From Atractiella rhizophila (lineage: Eukaryota), in NCBI GenBank assembly GCA_021432655.1, contig MU271188.1:1-51532 (forward strand): 51,532 bases of DNA. The letters run 5' to 3'. Shown piece by piece: positions 34,701 through 46,735 of the stretch. Under the pieces are notes generated by a model. That model did not search any database and had not been told where the DNA came from. It saw nothing but the letters and a program-made list of their open reading frames with translations. The position numbers and the translations under genes are program-made. Position 1 is the stretch's first letter, and each line of letters starts with the position of its first letter.

Positions 34701-36518
34701 GATCTTCTTCTGTTTTGTCAACCACCACCGCGAACAAGAATTTCTTGGCTTATTGCAAAGAGCTGGGCCGGCTAGAGGGATGACCTTTTCTCGACCGCGT
34801 GTAGTAACGGGCAGACACGTCCCTGGCTCAAGCGCTTTCGTGTGTCTTCTGATGCTGTCTCTATAGATTGCTAACGAGTTCTCTAGTTGACGGACAAGGC
34901 ATTCCATCTCAATTTGTACTGTGGACAGAAAATAAAAGGATGAATGACCAATATATGAACAATCTTCTTCTCAAAATCAACGTCAAATTAGGCGGATTCA
35001 ATCACTTTTGTCAGGTCCACTGTTTTGCCTCTCTGTAGATTTATTGCTCAATCATTTCCAGCCGGTTGATGCGATGCTACCCGGGCAATTTACCATGGTC
35101 ATGGGTCAGTTTCTTGCCAGATAGCACAACTAGCACGCTCGAAGAGGCTGATTGTGACTAGGTGCGGATGCAACCCACGCCTTGGGATTCGAGAAGCCCT
35201 CCATTGTTGCCGTCGTTGGGTCAGTCAACGAAGTCCTGACAAAATACTCGGCAGAGGTTAGAGTGCAGCGGCTCTTGGAGGTCGACGTGCAAGGCTCAAG
35301 TGTGTTCATCTTCTAGTTCTAATGAGACGGCTGAGATATGTCTAGGACGTGCGAAGAAGATGGACATAATCGAAGAGCTGCCTAGCATGGCCAAGGCATG
35401 CTTCAATTCTTTCTCTCACGCGCTGGCTTACATTGTATTTAGATCCTTCTCAATAGATATTATGTGCGCCACAGCAGGCCATTCCTATTTTCCTCAACCA
35501 TCTAACGAGCTTTGTGCGCTAGGAAAATAAAGGCAGATTTCCTCAACAGCTTGTTTTCTTCCGCGATGGTGACTTCGCCATCTCTCTATCCACAACTTTC
35601 TGACAGACATCTTGCAGGTGTTTCCGAGTCGGAATATGTGGCAGTGATGCAGGTTGAAGTCAGAGAGCTTCGGGGTATATGGTTTTCCTTCTCACTTAAG
35701 AGTGGGGTCTGACCATGAGCAGTTATTTTGAAAGCTGCTTGTGAAGAGCAAGTGAAGAGAAACGGGTTAAGGGAGATGATAGTGAGTCCTGTCCTCGTAT
35801 AACCTTCAATCTCAAGGTGTGATAGCAATTGACCTATATTGTCTGCGGCAAACGGTTCGTCAGTTGCAGCACTTCCTTCCAGATCTTAGGGGATTTTCGC
35901 TAGCCACAACTTCCGATTCGAGCCCCTCGACAAGGACCCGGAGTGCGTAAAGGATAATTGTCCCGCGGGTACAGTTGTTGATGATAAAATTATCACCCCA
36001 CGACGTTCGTATCCTCACTCATGGCTCCCCCTCATCATAATAAGCCACAATCTAGTGTACGATTTCTATCTTCAGAGTCATGCGGCCATCCAAGGAACCA
36101 GTGCCAGCACGCACTATACGGTGTTGTGGGACGATCATAACTGGCAGTAAGGGTCTGGTCCTGTTTACTCTCTTCCGCCTTCATTGTTTTGTCCAGTCCG
36201 GATCGACTGCATCCTTTCTGCAATGGGCTGGCCAACAACTTTCAAAGAGCTACTCGCTCGATCTCGATGCCTGCACCGGTCTACTATGCTGACATAGGTA
36301 CGTGTCGTTAGCCCTCTACCTGCTCTTCGAGTGGCGCTGATGGAAAGGCAGTTTGCACGAGAGCTCGCGAATGGTTTTTCGAAGAAGATGATCATGCTGC
36401 CACCCACACAACCCCTACCGCTCAGGAAAGGTTTCAGGATTTGCAAGCGTACCAAGCCCGCCTCGCCAGCATGCAGCAAGGGCTGAATGCTATGGCTTAT
36501 AAGATGTGGTTCTCTTGA
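31778..36518 (+). pseudogene. Argonaute (N-L1-PAZ-L2-MID-PIWI), divergent, >20 introns, apparently disabled
   Basis: Spliced motifs: PPPGK/LGRQIRIRVNAF (N), KAFDGK/FHAWS, MDLVR/GYIQHIRP...LVLNMD (L1), ISVA/HYIERKYNLRLRHPQLPCV...LPMELC (PAZ), ARVLSAPRLAY...GSWNV (L2), KRFL/DGQGIPSQFV...QYMNNLLLKINVKLGGFN (MID end), MVMG/ADATH...[77 protein letters not shown] (PIWI). Family identity is secure; pseudogene status rests on lesions at ~32820, 33617 and ~34820. Confidence 0.88.
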
Positions 36519-37037
36519 ATTCTTTGTTGTTTGAACAGATGTATCCCTGTTTCCATGTCGCAGCCTCGAATTTACAATTTGTTTTAGCTTACTTCAATTT
36601 CTTGCTTGATATCTGTTATTCGCTTCGCAAAATTGGTGATGTTCGCACTCCTCGTGAAATATGTAGCCCATGATGATGAAAAATACATATTTTTGGCACA
36701 ACGAAAAGAGACCGGTCTTTACCAATTCTTCAGTAAGTACTATAGCTCTTCCTTCCCTTCCTGAAAAGTACGATAATGAAGGTAAAGAACGAGGGATATA
36801 TCGCCCACCTGTCGCCAGAACTCACTATAAGTCTTCATCAGCTAACATATATTGTACAGCTATATCATGTTTAAGCTATGGTAAGAGCAGGGTTAGAGCA
36901 CGTTCAGAAGTTCAGAAGTGCTGGTCTTGGCTGGTTAATTGCACATGAACAGTTAATTTGAAATTGGAAAGGAAAGAAGCAACTACCACCAAAATCTTGC
37001 CAAACGCAGAAGCTGAGAATATTCAAGGGGAAGAAAG

Positions 37038-38682
37038 ATGGTAGGCCCTTTTCGCGCCACGCTCCCCGTTTTTCGCGCCACTTCCGCCGCCAATTTCAAC
37101 TACGCACGGCTGAAAGCAGACAACGCCCTCTTCACCAGAACCGCCATCGTCTCAGGAAACAACGTCGCTTCCCACGCTCGCTTCAAGATCAAGACTCGCC
37201 GGTCATGGAAACCTAACGTGCAGAAGAAGACGTTTTATTCCGGAATCTTGGGAAGGAAGTTGAAGGTGAAGGCGACGAGGAGGACGTGGAGGACGGTGGA
37301 GAAGATTGAGAGGGAGATGGTGGAGAAGGAGGAGAAGGAGGGACAGTTGGTACTTGGGAAGGGACAGAGGAAGAGGAGCGCGGTAGATTGGTATTTTTGG
37401 AGGACGAGCGAGGAGAGATTGGGACCGTGGGGTGCAAAAATGAGGGCAAAGGTCTGCTTTTCATTCTCTTGACGAGTGGAGGCGGAGAGGAGTCCAACCA
37501 ATCTCTGTTTGATTCAGCATTATTTTGAGCTTACAAACCAGAGTCTTTGAGTGCCTGAATTGTCCAGCATTCTGAAGGAATAGCCCTCACACATCTTTTA
37601 TTAGCGATATCTATATGCTTCTGCTACTCGTTGAGGTGAACATGCGATTATATTTCCGAAAGTTGGAGAGATTTATCAATTATTGAGGTTTTGGCTCTAA
37701 AGCCCTTTGCTACCCTATCAAAGGAGGGAGCAAATGGCCCACTGTTGAAACATAGAGCAGAGCTCTATGTCTCAGGTTGCGTACTTCACAGCTTGTTCTT
37801 TTTCTGTTCTTTGGTGTTTATATGCAGTTGGACAAAGGCGGCGTTCTCTCGAGTAGAAGGCATAAGGTTGGGCAATAACAAATGAGGCTAGCCTGCGTGT
37901 TCTTATTCACTTCTTTCGCTTTGAGGGAACACAACACTTGTGATTCTGCCCTCGGTAGACCTTGCTGATTTCTCCTCTAGATCGCTCACAAAGAATGGAA
38001 GCTATCACCTGAAGGAGTGCTAGCGGCCCGTCAAAATCGTCGACAGCTGCGAACGAAAGCAGCAGTGGAACACACAAAGCAGTCCCTCCTTTCTTACTAC
38101 CTCCCCGTCCCTCCTCCAATAGCCTGGACCATCCGAGTCAACCGTTCCCAGTCCTATCGTCCCATTGCTCCTCCCCCAGCACCAGAACCGCCCCAACGCA
38201 CCTTGTTCTTCCTCCCGCTCCCAGGACCCGAATCTTTCGTCGGTCGTCTCTCCTCTCGCGTGTTGTCGATGTTTGGTCTCGACAGGAGCGCGAAAGAGGA
38301 CTTTGAGAGGATGGAGAAGCTGGCGAAAGAGGAAGAGGTGAAGAGGAGGGAGGAGAGCCCGGCTGAGAGGGAGAGGAGGATGAAGCAGGCGACGAAGGAG
38401 TTTGCGGATTCGGGCTTCTTTGCTCGTGAAGCGGAGGAGTTGGTCGGGGAGGGAGCGAGGAGGAAGGTCGTGCTTAATCCTTTCAAGAGGATTAGGATGT
38501 GGATGGAGAGTCGGAGACAGGATGTCGTACTTAGTTCACCCACTCCATCGAATTCACTGGCGAGACCGGTTGGTGTGGATGAGTGGGCGAAGCAACAGGT
38601 GGATAAGGATGTGGAGAGGAGGGAGATGTGGAAGAAGAGACTTACAAAGCAGCCAGATGAAGCAAATGTCGGAGTCGCGTAG
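37038..38682 (+). CDS. Mitochondrial large-subunit ribosomal protein bL28m (MRPL24-like) with long C-terminal extension
   Basis: L28 motif SGNNVASHARFKIKTRRSWKPNVQKKTFYSGILGRKLKVKATRRTWRTVEK. The donor at 37452 (AAG|gtctgc) joins in frame to the acceptor at 37980 (ctctag|ATC GCT CAC...), which continues into the 38017-38682 ORF. Confidence 0.8.
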
Positions 38683-38874
38683 GCTGGAGGGGTTTAATTG
38701 ATAAAAGTATCGGTAGACTATTACTGCTCATTATTGCACAAACCTTCCTCACCCTTTGGCGATTCGGCATCCGAACAATCTAAAAGTACAGTCCAATTGC
38801 ACAGGTACCACCAACACGGCCCAAAACCAAATAAGTTACAAATGGTCCTTTACATCTAATCTACGACGAAAGAT

Positions 38875-40722
38875 TTACCACTCCCAAACTTTATACAATC
38901 CTTCTTTCAGCGAAACCGAGAAAGGTAGCAAATTCCAGAGTCTCTTCCACCTCCCACTTCTCTCCACGCTCGCCACATATACCCCTACCACGACCACACC
39001 AACGGCGACACCCACCAAAATCGTTCCCATTCCAATCTCCCACTTCCCTTCCGTCCCCTTTCGCTTCGGCTTCTCTTCCACCGGAGGCGGTTCAGGCTTC
39101 ACTATCCCTTCACCGGTCCGTATGATCGCGAGTGCCTCTGCATCTGATTTTAGAGATAAATCCCAGGTGTAAAGGACAGAGTTGACGTCCATTATACCGT
39201 CAGCGAGGGATGAGAGGGGATAGAGTTCCTCCAACGTCAGAGCAAGGGCGAATACGGTGGATAGAGAGGTAGAAGGTGGAGTTGGAGGTACTGTAGCTGG
39301 TCTTGTTTGTGGGGCGTCATCTGCGAGGTCGGAGGGTGAGACGGAAGCGGAGGGATCGAGGAGCATGGAGTCCGTATACTCTGAGAGGAAGGAAGAACGC
39401 TTGGGAGGAGGGGTGGGAGATGGGGTTGAGGGCGGAGGAGGAACTGGAGAGGAAGCGGGAGAAAAGGTTGGGAGCTTGGACATCTGTGCGTGAAGCATTG
39501 CTGGGTCATCATCATCTTCATCGTATTCTAGTGAGGAGGAGGAGGCGGGAGGAGGAGCGGAATGGAGTTGGTCTTGTCTTGTGAGGATCATCTGTGTACA
39601 GCAGAGATTCATGTTGGAATGCGACAGAAGATGAGAGAAAAGCCTTACGGCAGCACCTAGGTATATCACCATCCCAGGGCTCCTGGAGAGCAGAAAGTCA
39701 AAAGTCCATTTGACCATCTCCTCATCATCGAGGTCGTGGCTCAGCAATGTGAGAACCCAACTGATTGAAAAGTACGGTAATCCGCCTACCCCTTCCAATT
39801 TCTCTCCTAATGACGGCCGATGCTTCTTGACAACCTTCAATAGCATCCTGAGATAACCCATGGTGGGGAGGAGGGTAGTAGTGAGCGAGTCCCGAATGCG
39901 GTGGAGGAGGAGGAACCGGGAGGAATGGTACAGCACGTTCCGTTGATGCCTCGTTGCAGGAGAGGACACCAGAGAAGGTGACGCGGAGGCAGAGAATGGG
40001 AGCAGGACGAGAAGCAGGACGGAGAGGATGTCGTGTAACCCTTGGAAGTAGTTCAGCTCCGGATTTCGGCGTAGTAGAGCAACAATGAGGTCGTTAAGGC
40101 GAGACTGAAGGGCTTCCTTCTCATTTGCTGAAAGACCTATGCCCCAACTCACTACCATTCCCTTCCTGTGAAGTAGAAATCAGGCTCACCGACTGGGAAG
40201 TGCACGAAACTCCTTCGAATGTCGAGCAAAACTTGATGCTCATCTTTGTGCTCTTCTAAAGCACTGACATCGAGCAAGTCCTCCTCCTCTTCCTCCTTGA
40301 CATCCACGTCTTCTCCCTTCTCCTCTCTGAACCCAGACTCCATACGCTCCTCCTTTGGATGCTCAGCATGCACGAAGCTCTCAGCGGGTGACTTCTCGCT
40401 CCCCGCCGTACTGTTAGCGGAATCCGTACGTCTAGCGGCCTCCCATCCTTCCTTGGAGAGTAGAAATGGCCTATGCAGACATCGCCTCCGTCAACAAAGG
40501 CAGTCTCTACCAAGGAGGTATGAGGGACACTCACCAAATCTCACAGCGTGTGGAATCGATCGCAAACCCTCCTGGGCAAAGGGCGAGATGGCGCAGACGC
40601 GCAAAGTCACGAGAGGGACTGCTGATGCCCAGGGAAGGGAGGGACGCGAAGGAGGATGACAGGGAAGCCATTGAGGTTGTCGTGGGGGGAGAATCAGGTG
40701 ACATTTGCACTGCAGTGACCAT
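38875..40722 (-). CDS. TBC-domain Rab GTPase-activating protein (Gyp8/TBC1D20-like), C-terminal membrane anchor
   Basis: LCPGGF...RCEIW, HKDEHQVLLDIRRSFVHFP, LNYFQGLHDILSVLLL, PYFSISWVLTLLSHD, FDFLLS..P...IYLGAA, and a hydrophobic C-terminal segment. Confidence 0.9.
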
Positions 40723-40837
40723 GTTTGACCAGGACGATGATTTCTATAATACAATATATATTCGTTCATTCCATCAGTACCAGTACACAAGCAATTCCTA
40801 CTTTACATTCTATATTATTTACGACATTGAATATCCT

Positions 40838-42726
40838 TCAGACATCCACCACCTCAAATTTCGCCAACAGTGTCCCGTTATGTTTGCCCTTCATGTTCAT
40901 CATCCTTATAAATCGCCATCCCTCCTGCAGATAAAGTACACGGGTGCAGAAGACCGCGACCTCGTCGTCTTTACCAAATACATCTTCCTTGATCGTTATC
41001 CTGTTTGCCAACATCAGCAAAAAAAATAAGAAAAAAAAGAAAAGACGAACCGGAGAAAGGTGAGTCCATCCTCTTCGAAGTACCACTCAAACTCTTCATC
41101 CCACCAAATGTTCGTTCCTCCCTCCTTTTCATCCTTTACTTTCAAATGTTTACTCTCCCAACTCTCGTTCTTGCCTCCGTTGGCAGGGAACAACTTCACT
41201 TTAAGATACGCATCCCACTTCTCTCCCCTCGCATCACTAGTCGGTATAACCCCACTGACTCCTTTAAGAGAACCTCTAATTATCCTCCTCTTGCTCCCAC
41301 CGTTCCTAAAATCATCAGGCTTAAGCACCCATCCGGGAGTCCCAGCGAACATGCCCTCGTTGAACTGCATCCCCAAATCGTACGTTTGCCAGTTGAGGGA
41401 AACGACGTGGGAGCCGGTACGCCAGTATTTGAGAGCGTTCGGGTTGGTGCTCTGGATGCGTGTTCCACGAGGGAAGATTCGACGGAGGTTTTGGTAGGCG
41501 TGGGCGATTAGGTCCGTGAGAGAATGAGGGAGGAGAGAAGAGAGAGTGGATTCTGAGACGTTGATAAGGATGTTTTTGGGGTCGAGAAATGCTAGTAATG
41601 TCATTCAGTCTAGCAAAATGAATGAAATGTTTGGCTAACTCTCAAGCTGCCATCCTGACTTGGGTTTCATGCTCCTGCAATACAGCCCAAGAGCAGCAAG
41701 TTCCGGTGAGATCTTGCCGTGATCATGTTTGCCTGCTTCATCCTCCTTGACAATGCGCGGTCCATTCTGCACGTCTTCTTCTTCCTCCTCAGAAGAGGAC
41801 GAGCTGTCGTCCTTACCGTCTGGAGGATAATATTCAACCTGTTCCAATCGCCGACGTCGTCGTCGCTTTCTTAGTGCAGCTCAAAGGGATTGAGGGAACG
41901 AGGAACGAACCATCAACACAATCCTTCCCCGTAATTCTCGCGGACTGACTCCATCTTCACTGACGCCCTCAATCTCCGTATCTACCAACTTCTGCCCCCA
42001 TTCTTCCTTCATGATCCTCACCAATTCTCCCTGTCTGGCGATGCCCACATGACACTCCAAAGAGACCAATACCGGCCAATCATTGGGTCCGACCTGGGCT
42101 CCGATCGCTCGACAAACGTCCACGAATGGCACGCTCTTCGAAAAGGTGTGTCCATGCGTCACGATCAGGCCTTCAGTGGAAGGCCAGACGTCGATCTCCA
42201 CGCAGCGGCCGTGACTATCCCACAACAATACGGTGAGTAGGGGGTACGGTGGAGAGATGGGAGAATGGAGGGGCGAACCGCATGAGGACGTGTGTGTATG
42301 AAGCAGCAGAAGACTTCCCCATGAGCTGGCCCGAGAGGAGATAGGTGTTATGCGACGACCTGTCAGTTCAATCCATAAGCAACGCGAAAGGCAGAAAGGA
42401 AGGGGAGAAAAGGGAGACACGGACGAGATGAAATAGTGTGTAAGGGGTTTGCTGTCGTCCACAGGAGGAGGGACCACAGAAGGAGTCCGAAGAAGCTCAG
42501 CAGCATCCTGGTAGACCGACATATGTTAGCAAGCCCGCGAGCCTTAAAAGATTATATTTCAGAGGGAGGTACATACCAACCCTTCAGAATCCAAGAACTC
42601 TAGAACTGGCTCGCTCAACTTGACATCGCTGTTGGCGTTGGCTGGGGATACATTGTGCTCTGTCTGAAAGGCCACATCCGAATTCTTGAAGAGTTCGAGG
42701 GCGGCGCGCTTTTCTTCTTCGCTCAT
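40838..42726 (-). CDS. Phosphoinositide-specific phospholipase C (X-Y catalytic barrel plus C2)
   Basis: [78 protein letters not shown], followed by C2-like strands. The start codon (MSEEEK) is inferred. Confidence 0.92.
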
Positions 42727-43188
42727 TGTACCTCTTATTTGTTGGATGGTTGGATGAAACTCGTGCGGGAGCTGGTGAAGGAGATTGTTGTTGATTGTTG
42801 TTATCACGTTCAACTATTGTCCCTGACCCTATTGAATTCCAGGGATATTGACTCATCACAGTTGTAGGTGCCATTTCTCAGTTTGTTATCGTGGAGATGA
42901 TGGAGGATATGGGAATGGATTATTGAAGTTGATCATCGGAAGGTGAAGCAATTCTTCTACCTTTAAAGACAGAGTATCACCATGGTACATCCTATGAAGA
43001 ACTGTTGGATGCTACACACTTGCTGTTATATATTAATGCGACAAAATCAAAAGAAAAAAAATTAGCTTGCGAAGGCGTCTAGCCCCAGACTAAAAGAGCC
43101 AAGGAAAAGGGAGATGAAGTGGAATAGGCTCTGCACGTCAAAGCGGTGCTTGTTGCTAGCGATATGATGAATTGCTTTCATTTCAGTC

Positions 43189-43848
43189 TTGGGAATGTGT
43201 TGCGAAGCATGTTTCCTTCTACTTCTTCATCCTTTGATGTCTGAACGTCATGCCCAAGATTACTATGTACCAAGGTGTGAAAAGAAGCATCGTCACCTGG
43301 ATTTGCTCCATGCACCAGAACATGCACCTGCTTCTGTCATGAAAGAGATGCTATCGCGCGTCCAACACGCAGGCGAAAGTGATCCTCTTCACTTTTTTGG
43401 GCATTATTCAGATGAGCATCCGCTTCTGTCATGATCAGAAAAAGGAACAAACAGAGACCAGGGGATTTCTTGCAAGCGCAATCTTGCGACACAAAACGTC
43501 TGTCGTTGCAAATGTATGGCGGCTCGGAGACAACGTAGGGACGGGACGAAGGACGAAGCCGAAGCGACGTACAATGCCATCTACACAGCCTTTGGCAAAC
43601 ATGTAGATGAGGCGGCTGACCAATTGCTGATGCACCCGTCACGCCACAACTCGACATATTCAAATGGTGGCTCGGCAATAAGTCACGGACTTTGGAGTGC
43701 GGTTGCTCGAAAAACGATGAGCAAAGCAGAAGATATGTGGGGAATTTGGACTTGTCTCCTCACGTCGAAAACAGATGGAGGATTGAAGGCTGGTGTATAT
43801 CTCGCAAAAAATACAAATGATTGCAACATTTCATGTCCTGTAACATAA
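43189..43848 (+). pseudogene. Hypothetical protein, one reading frame interrupted by a single TGA
   Basis: ORFs 43189-43434 and 43516-43848 are in the same frame, open throughout except TGA at 43432-43434. No recognisable domain. Confidence 0.25.
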
Positions 43849-43906
43849 AAGGGAAGGAGTGTGCCACCTCTGCTCCTACTATCATTGGATGCGCGTTGAG
43901 AACAGG

Positions 43907-44478
43907 ATGCCTAGCACACTTCCACCTCCATACACTGCGACTTCAGAGCACATCACCACGGTGTCTGAGGTAAACAGAACCCGCAGTCTTCCACAGGAAA
44001 CAGTCACCGACGTTCAACTAGAGTACAACCTCCTCTCCTCTTCCGCACCATCCCTTGCAGGCGACCTGACAGGCCGACGCGACGTGAAAGCAAAGAAATA
44101 CAGGAAGCGATGGTGGATGCGCCTCTTTGCTCGCGACCGGCACGGTGATATAATTTTCAAACGAAGTTCGTTCCTCCTATTTGCTCGTCCCATCATCTTA
44201 TGCACTCAGGTCCGACAGAGTGGCCGCAACCCCATTCAATGGCGTATCGTGCGACTCCATATCCCAACAATCTTGGGAGAGGGCCATCTGGTGTGCGTCG
44301 TCGATTGAATAGGCTCATGTTCAAGCTGACATCGCTTGGACATGTTTCAGAATATGCACTTGCTGTGATCGGTCCTGCATTCGATACAGATTTACTAGAA
44401 GACTGTCTTTGTTATGTAGTAACGAAGCATTGTAATCATGATACAGAGCAGACAAACAAACCACACATGAACGTGTGA
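43907..44478 (+). CDS. Small hypothetical protein (two exons)
   Basis: MPSTLPPPYTA...LFARDRH G|gtgata...ctcag|GT CCG joins ORF 43859 to ORF 44200 in frame. It has an N-terminal PPPY motif. Confidence 0.45.
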
Positions 44479-44594
44479 CCCCTTCAAGCTTCGAATTGCA
44501 CAAATCGGAATGCGCCGAAGCCGCAGAGTGTAAAAAATTCAGCATTACGTCAGCATTGTAACACGGACATCAGTCGGCGAATAATCCTTGCACA

Positions 44595-46144
44595 ATGGAA
44601 GTCGCAGACGAAGCGTCCGGCTATCCTGCCGCCCGGGAAGAACTCGCGGTTTCCTTGCTCAATCTTTGTTCGCGGCAATCGCCCCCTCCAACGCTGTCCG
44701 AGGTGAACGCGTCCCTTGAGGCTGGTGCGGACGCGTGGTACCAGGATGTCAGTGGATGGAGCTCGTTGCATTACGTTGCAGCTCAAATGGAGACGGAAGA
44801 AACGGTGCAGATCGTGGACAGCCTTTTGAAGGGTGGAGCGATATGGAATTTGACTGATGAAGCAGGATATGTGCGTATCGCCTTACCTTACCGACCTCTT
44901 TGATATTTAGATTGTCCAGACGGATGCTCATGTGTTTGTTGGTTGGATTTGGCTAGGAAGACGGCTGGCGATATAGCTTTTTCTCTCAATTCTAAACGGA
45001 TCTACGCTCTCATCTTGGATGAAGGAATCCGGTTTGTTCACGCCGCGTTCCACTCTGGCGACTTTTTCATAAACTAACAGGCCTTTTTCATTTGTGAGAT
45101 AGATCTGAAATGCTCGGCACGCTTCTTGACCGCATACCTTCCGATTCGGCGGACGAAAATTCAGCAACGAAGGACGAACCTGTTGCAGAAGAAGAGGAGG
45201 GGGATGGGACAGAACCAGGATCAAAAAAGAAAGGAGAAGATCCGGCAACATCGAACGCTGCATTCCTAAAATCTCAACTTCGATATCTCACTTCTGCTAC
45301 TGGTCAACAAATCCTAGTAGACGAGCAAAAGAATGGGGTGATGATGGGCTGGGAAACCGGAATCATGCGAGAGACTGCTAAATTGCTCCTGGGGTCCGAA
45401 GAAGGCGAAAGGGAAGATGAAGAGGTCGCAGTTCTCAACGTTGGGTTTGGGCTTGGACTGGTTTGTCTCCTCTCATTATCTCCTAGCTCGTTTTGTTGAA
45501 ATGTCGGGGGAACAGGTAGATAAGGCGTTTCAAGAGCTCAAACCGACACGACATGTCATCATAGAACCCCATCCTTCCGTCCTCGCACACATGAAATCCC
45601 AAGGCTGGTACGACAAGTCCGGAGTCGAAGTGTACGAAGGTCGTTGGCAAGATTACATCTCCGCGATCGAAAAAGGTGAGGTAGAAGCCGCTCTATTCGA
45701 CGCTGTATACTTTGACACTTTCAGGTTTGTCCCTCCCACGCTAACGCTCCAGATTTTAATCCGAGGTCCTGATGTTCGATTTGATGGACGAAAAGTGAAC
45801 ATTATACGCATTTGAGGGAATTCTTTGAACAAGTCCCTAACCTACTCAAGGACGGAGGAAAGGCGAAATTCAGCTGGTTCAACGGCATGGGAGGGTCGTC
45901 CAGGCTTTTCTGGGATGTCTACACGTTCGTCCTTCCATATCCCTTCCCCCAATCGTCCTCCCTGATATATTGGCGTGTTATCAGCTCCGTTGCTGAGCTA
46001 CATCTGAAAGAGATCGGCCTGACCACCAAGTGGTACAGTGTGAAGGTCGATGATGAGGGAGAAGAAACGTGGAGCGGAATCAAGAAGGTTTATTGGATGG
46101 TTCCGGGAGAGTTTAGAATACCTATATCTATGTTGGAGTATTAA
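44595..46144 (+). CDS. RMT2: Protein arginine N-methyltransferase 2 (ankyrin repeat plus class I SAM domain)
   Basis: AGADAWYQDVSGWSSLHYVA, GAIWNLTD, NGVMMGWETGIMRETA, VLNVGFGLGL, HVIIEPHPSVL, EGRWQD, FDAVYFDTF, FSWFNGMG. Confidence 0.93.
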
Positions 46145-46735
46145 ACAACATGCATTCGGGCAGCCATTATGTCGGCAGCATTTCACATCCTTCTTAATGA
46201 AGGTCGCAGAAATACTTTACCGCGTCCAATAACAACAAGAATCTTGATGAAAACAAGTGAGAAAATAAAACAAAATACAACCTATCTTTTGGACGAGATC
46301 AAGGGAAAAGCGGCAGAGAGGATGTTATGGTCTCTGCCACCACCCTTATTGCATCCCCCAGACTTCCACCTTCTTGTATAGACTCATCAAAACTTACCAA
46401 TTTATACTACATAAAGGCTTTCGTGACGACCGCCGCCTGCTTCATCAGTTTCAAGCGGTCTCGCATCGCGGGAGGTAAACAGGACCATAGAACGAAATTG
46501 AAACGCGTAAATTTCGGCTGTAAATGAGACTAATGCAATTGACAAACTCTGTATGTGTTGTGAGACATATGCGACGTAAACTAGAACAGAAGGATGTAGG
46601 GAACAACAAAAATGCAATTGAGGCAAAACAGAAAGCAGTCACGAAGGGTAAGAAAGCACAAATGCCAAACGGGTAATCCAAATACTCTGCAAATTATGCA
46701 CCTCTGATACACATTCAATAATGGATGAAGTTCAC

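Noticed and set aside
34801..34814. GTAGTAACGGGCAG as a 14-nt intron that would restore the Argonaute frame
   Set aside because: Far below the ~45-nt minimum seen in this window, and it would not restore the missing MID residues.
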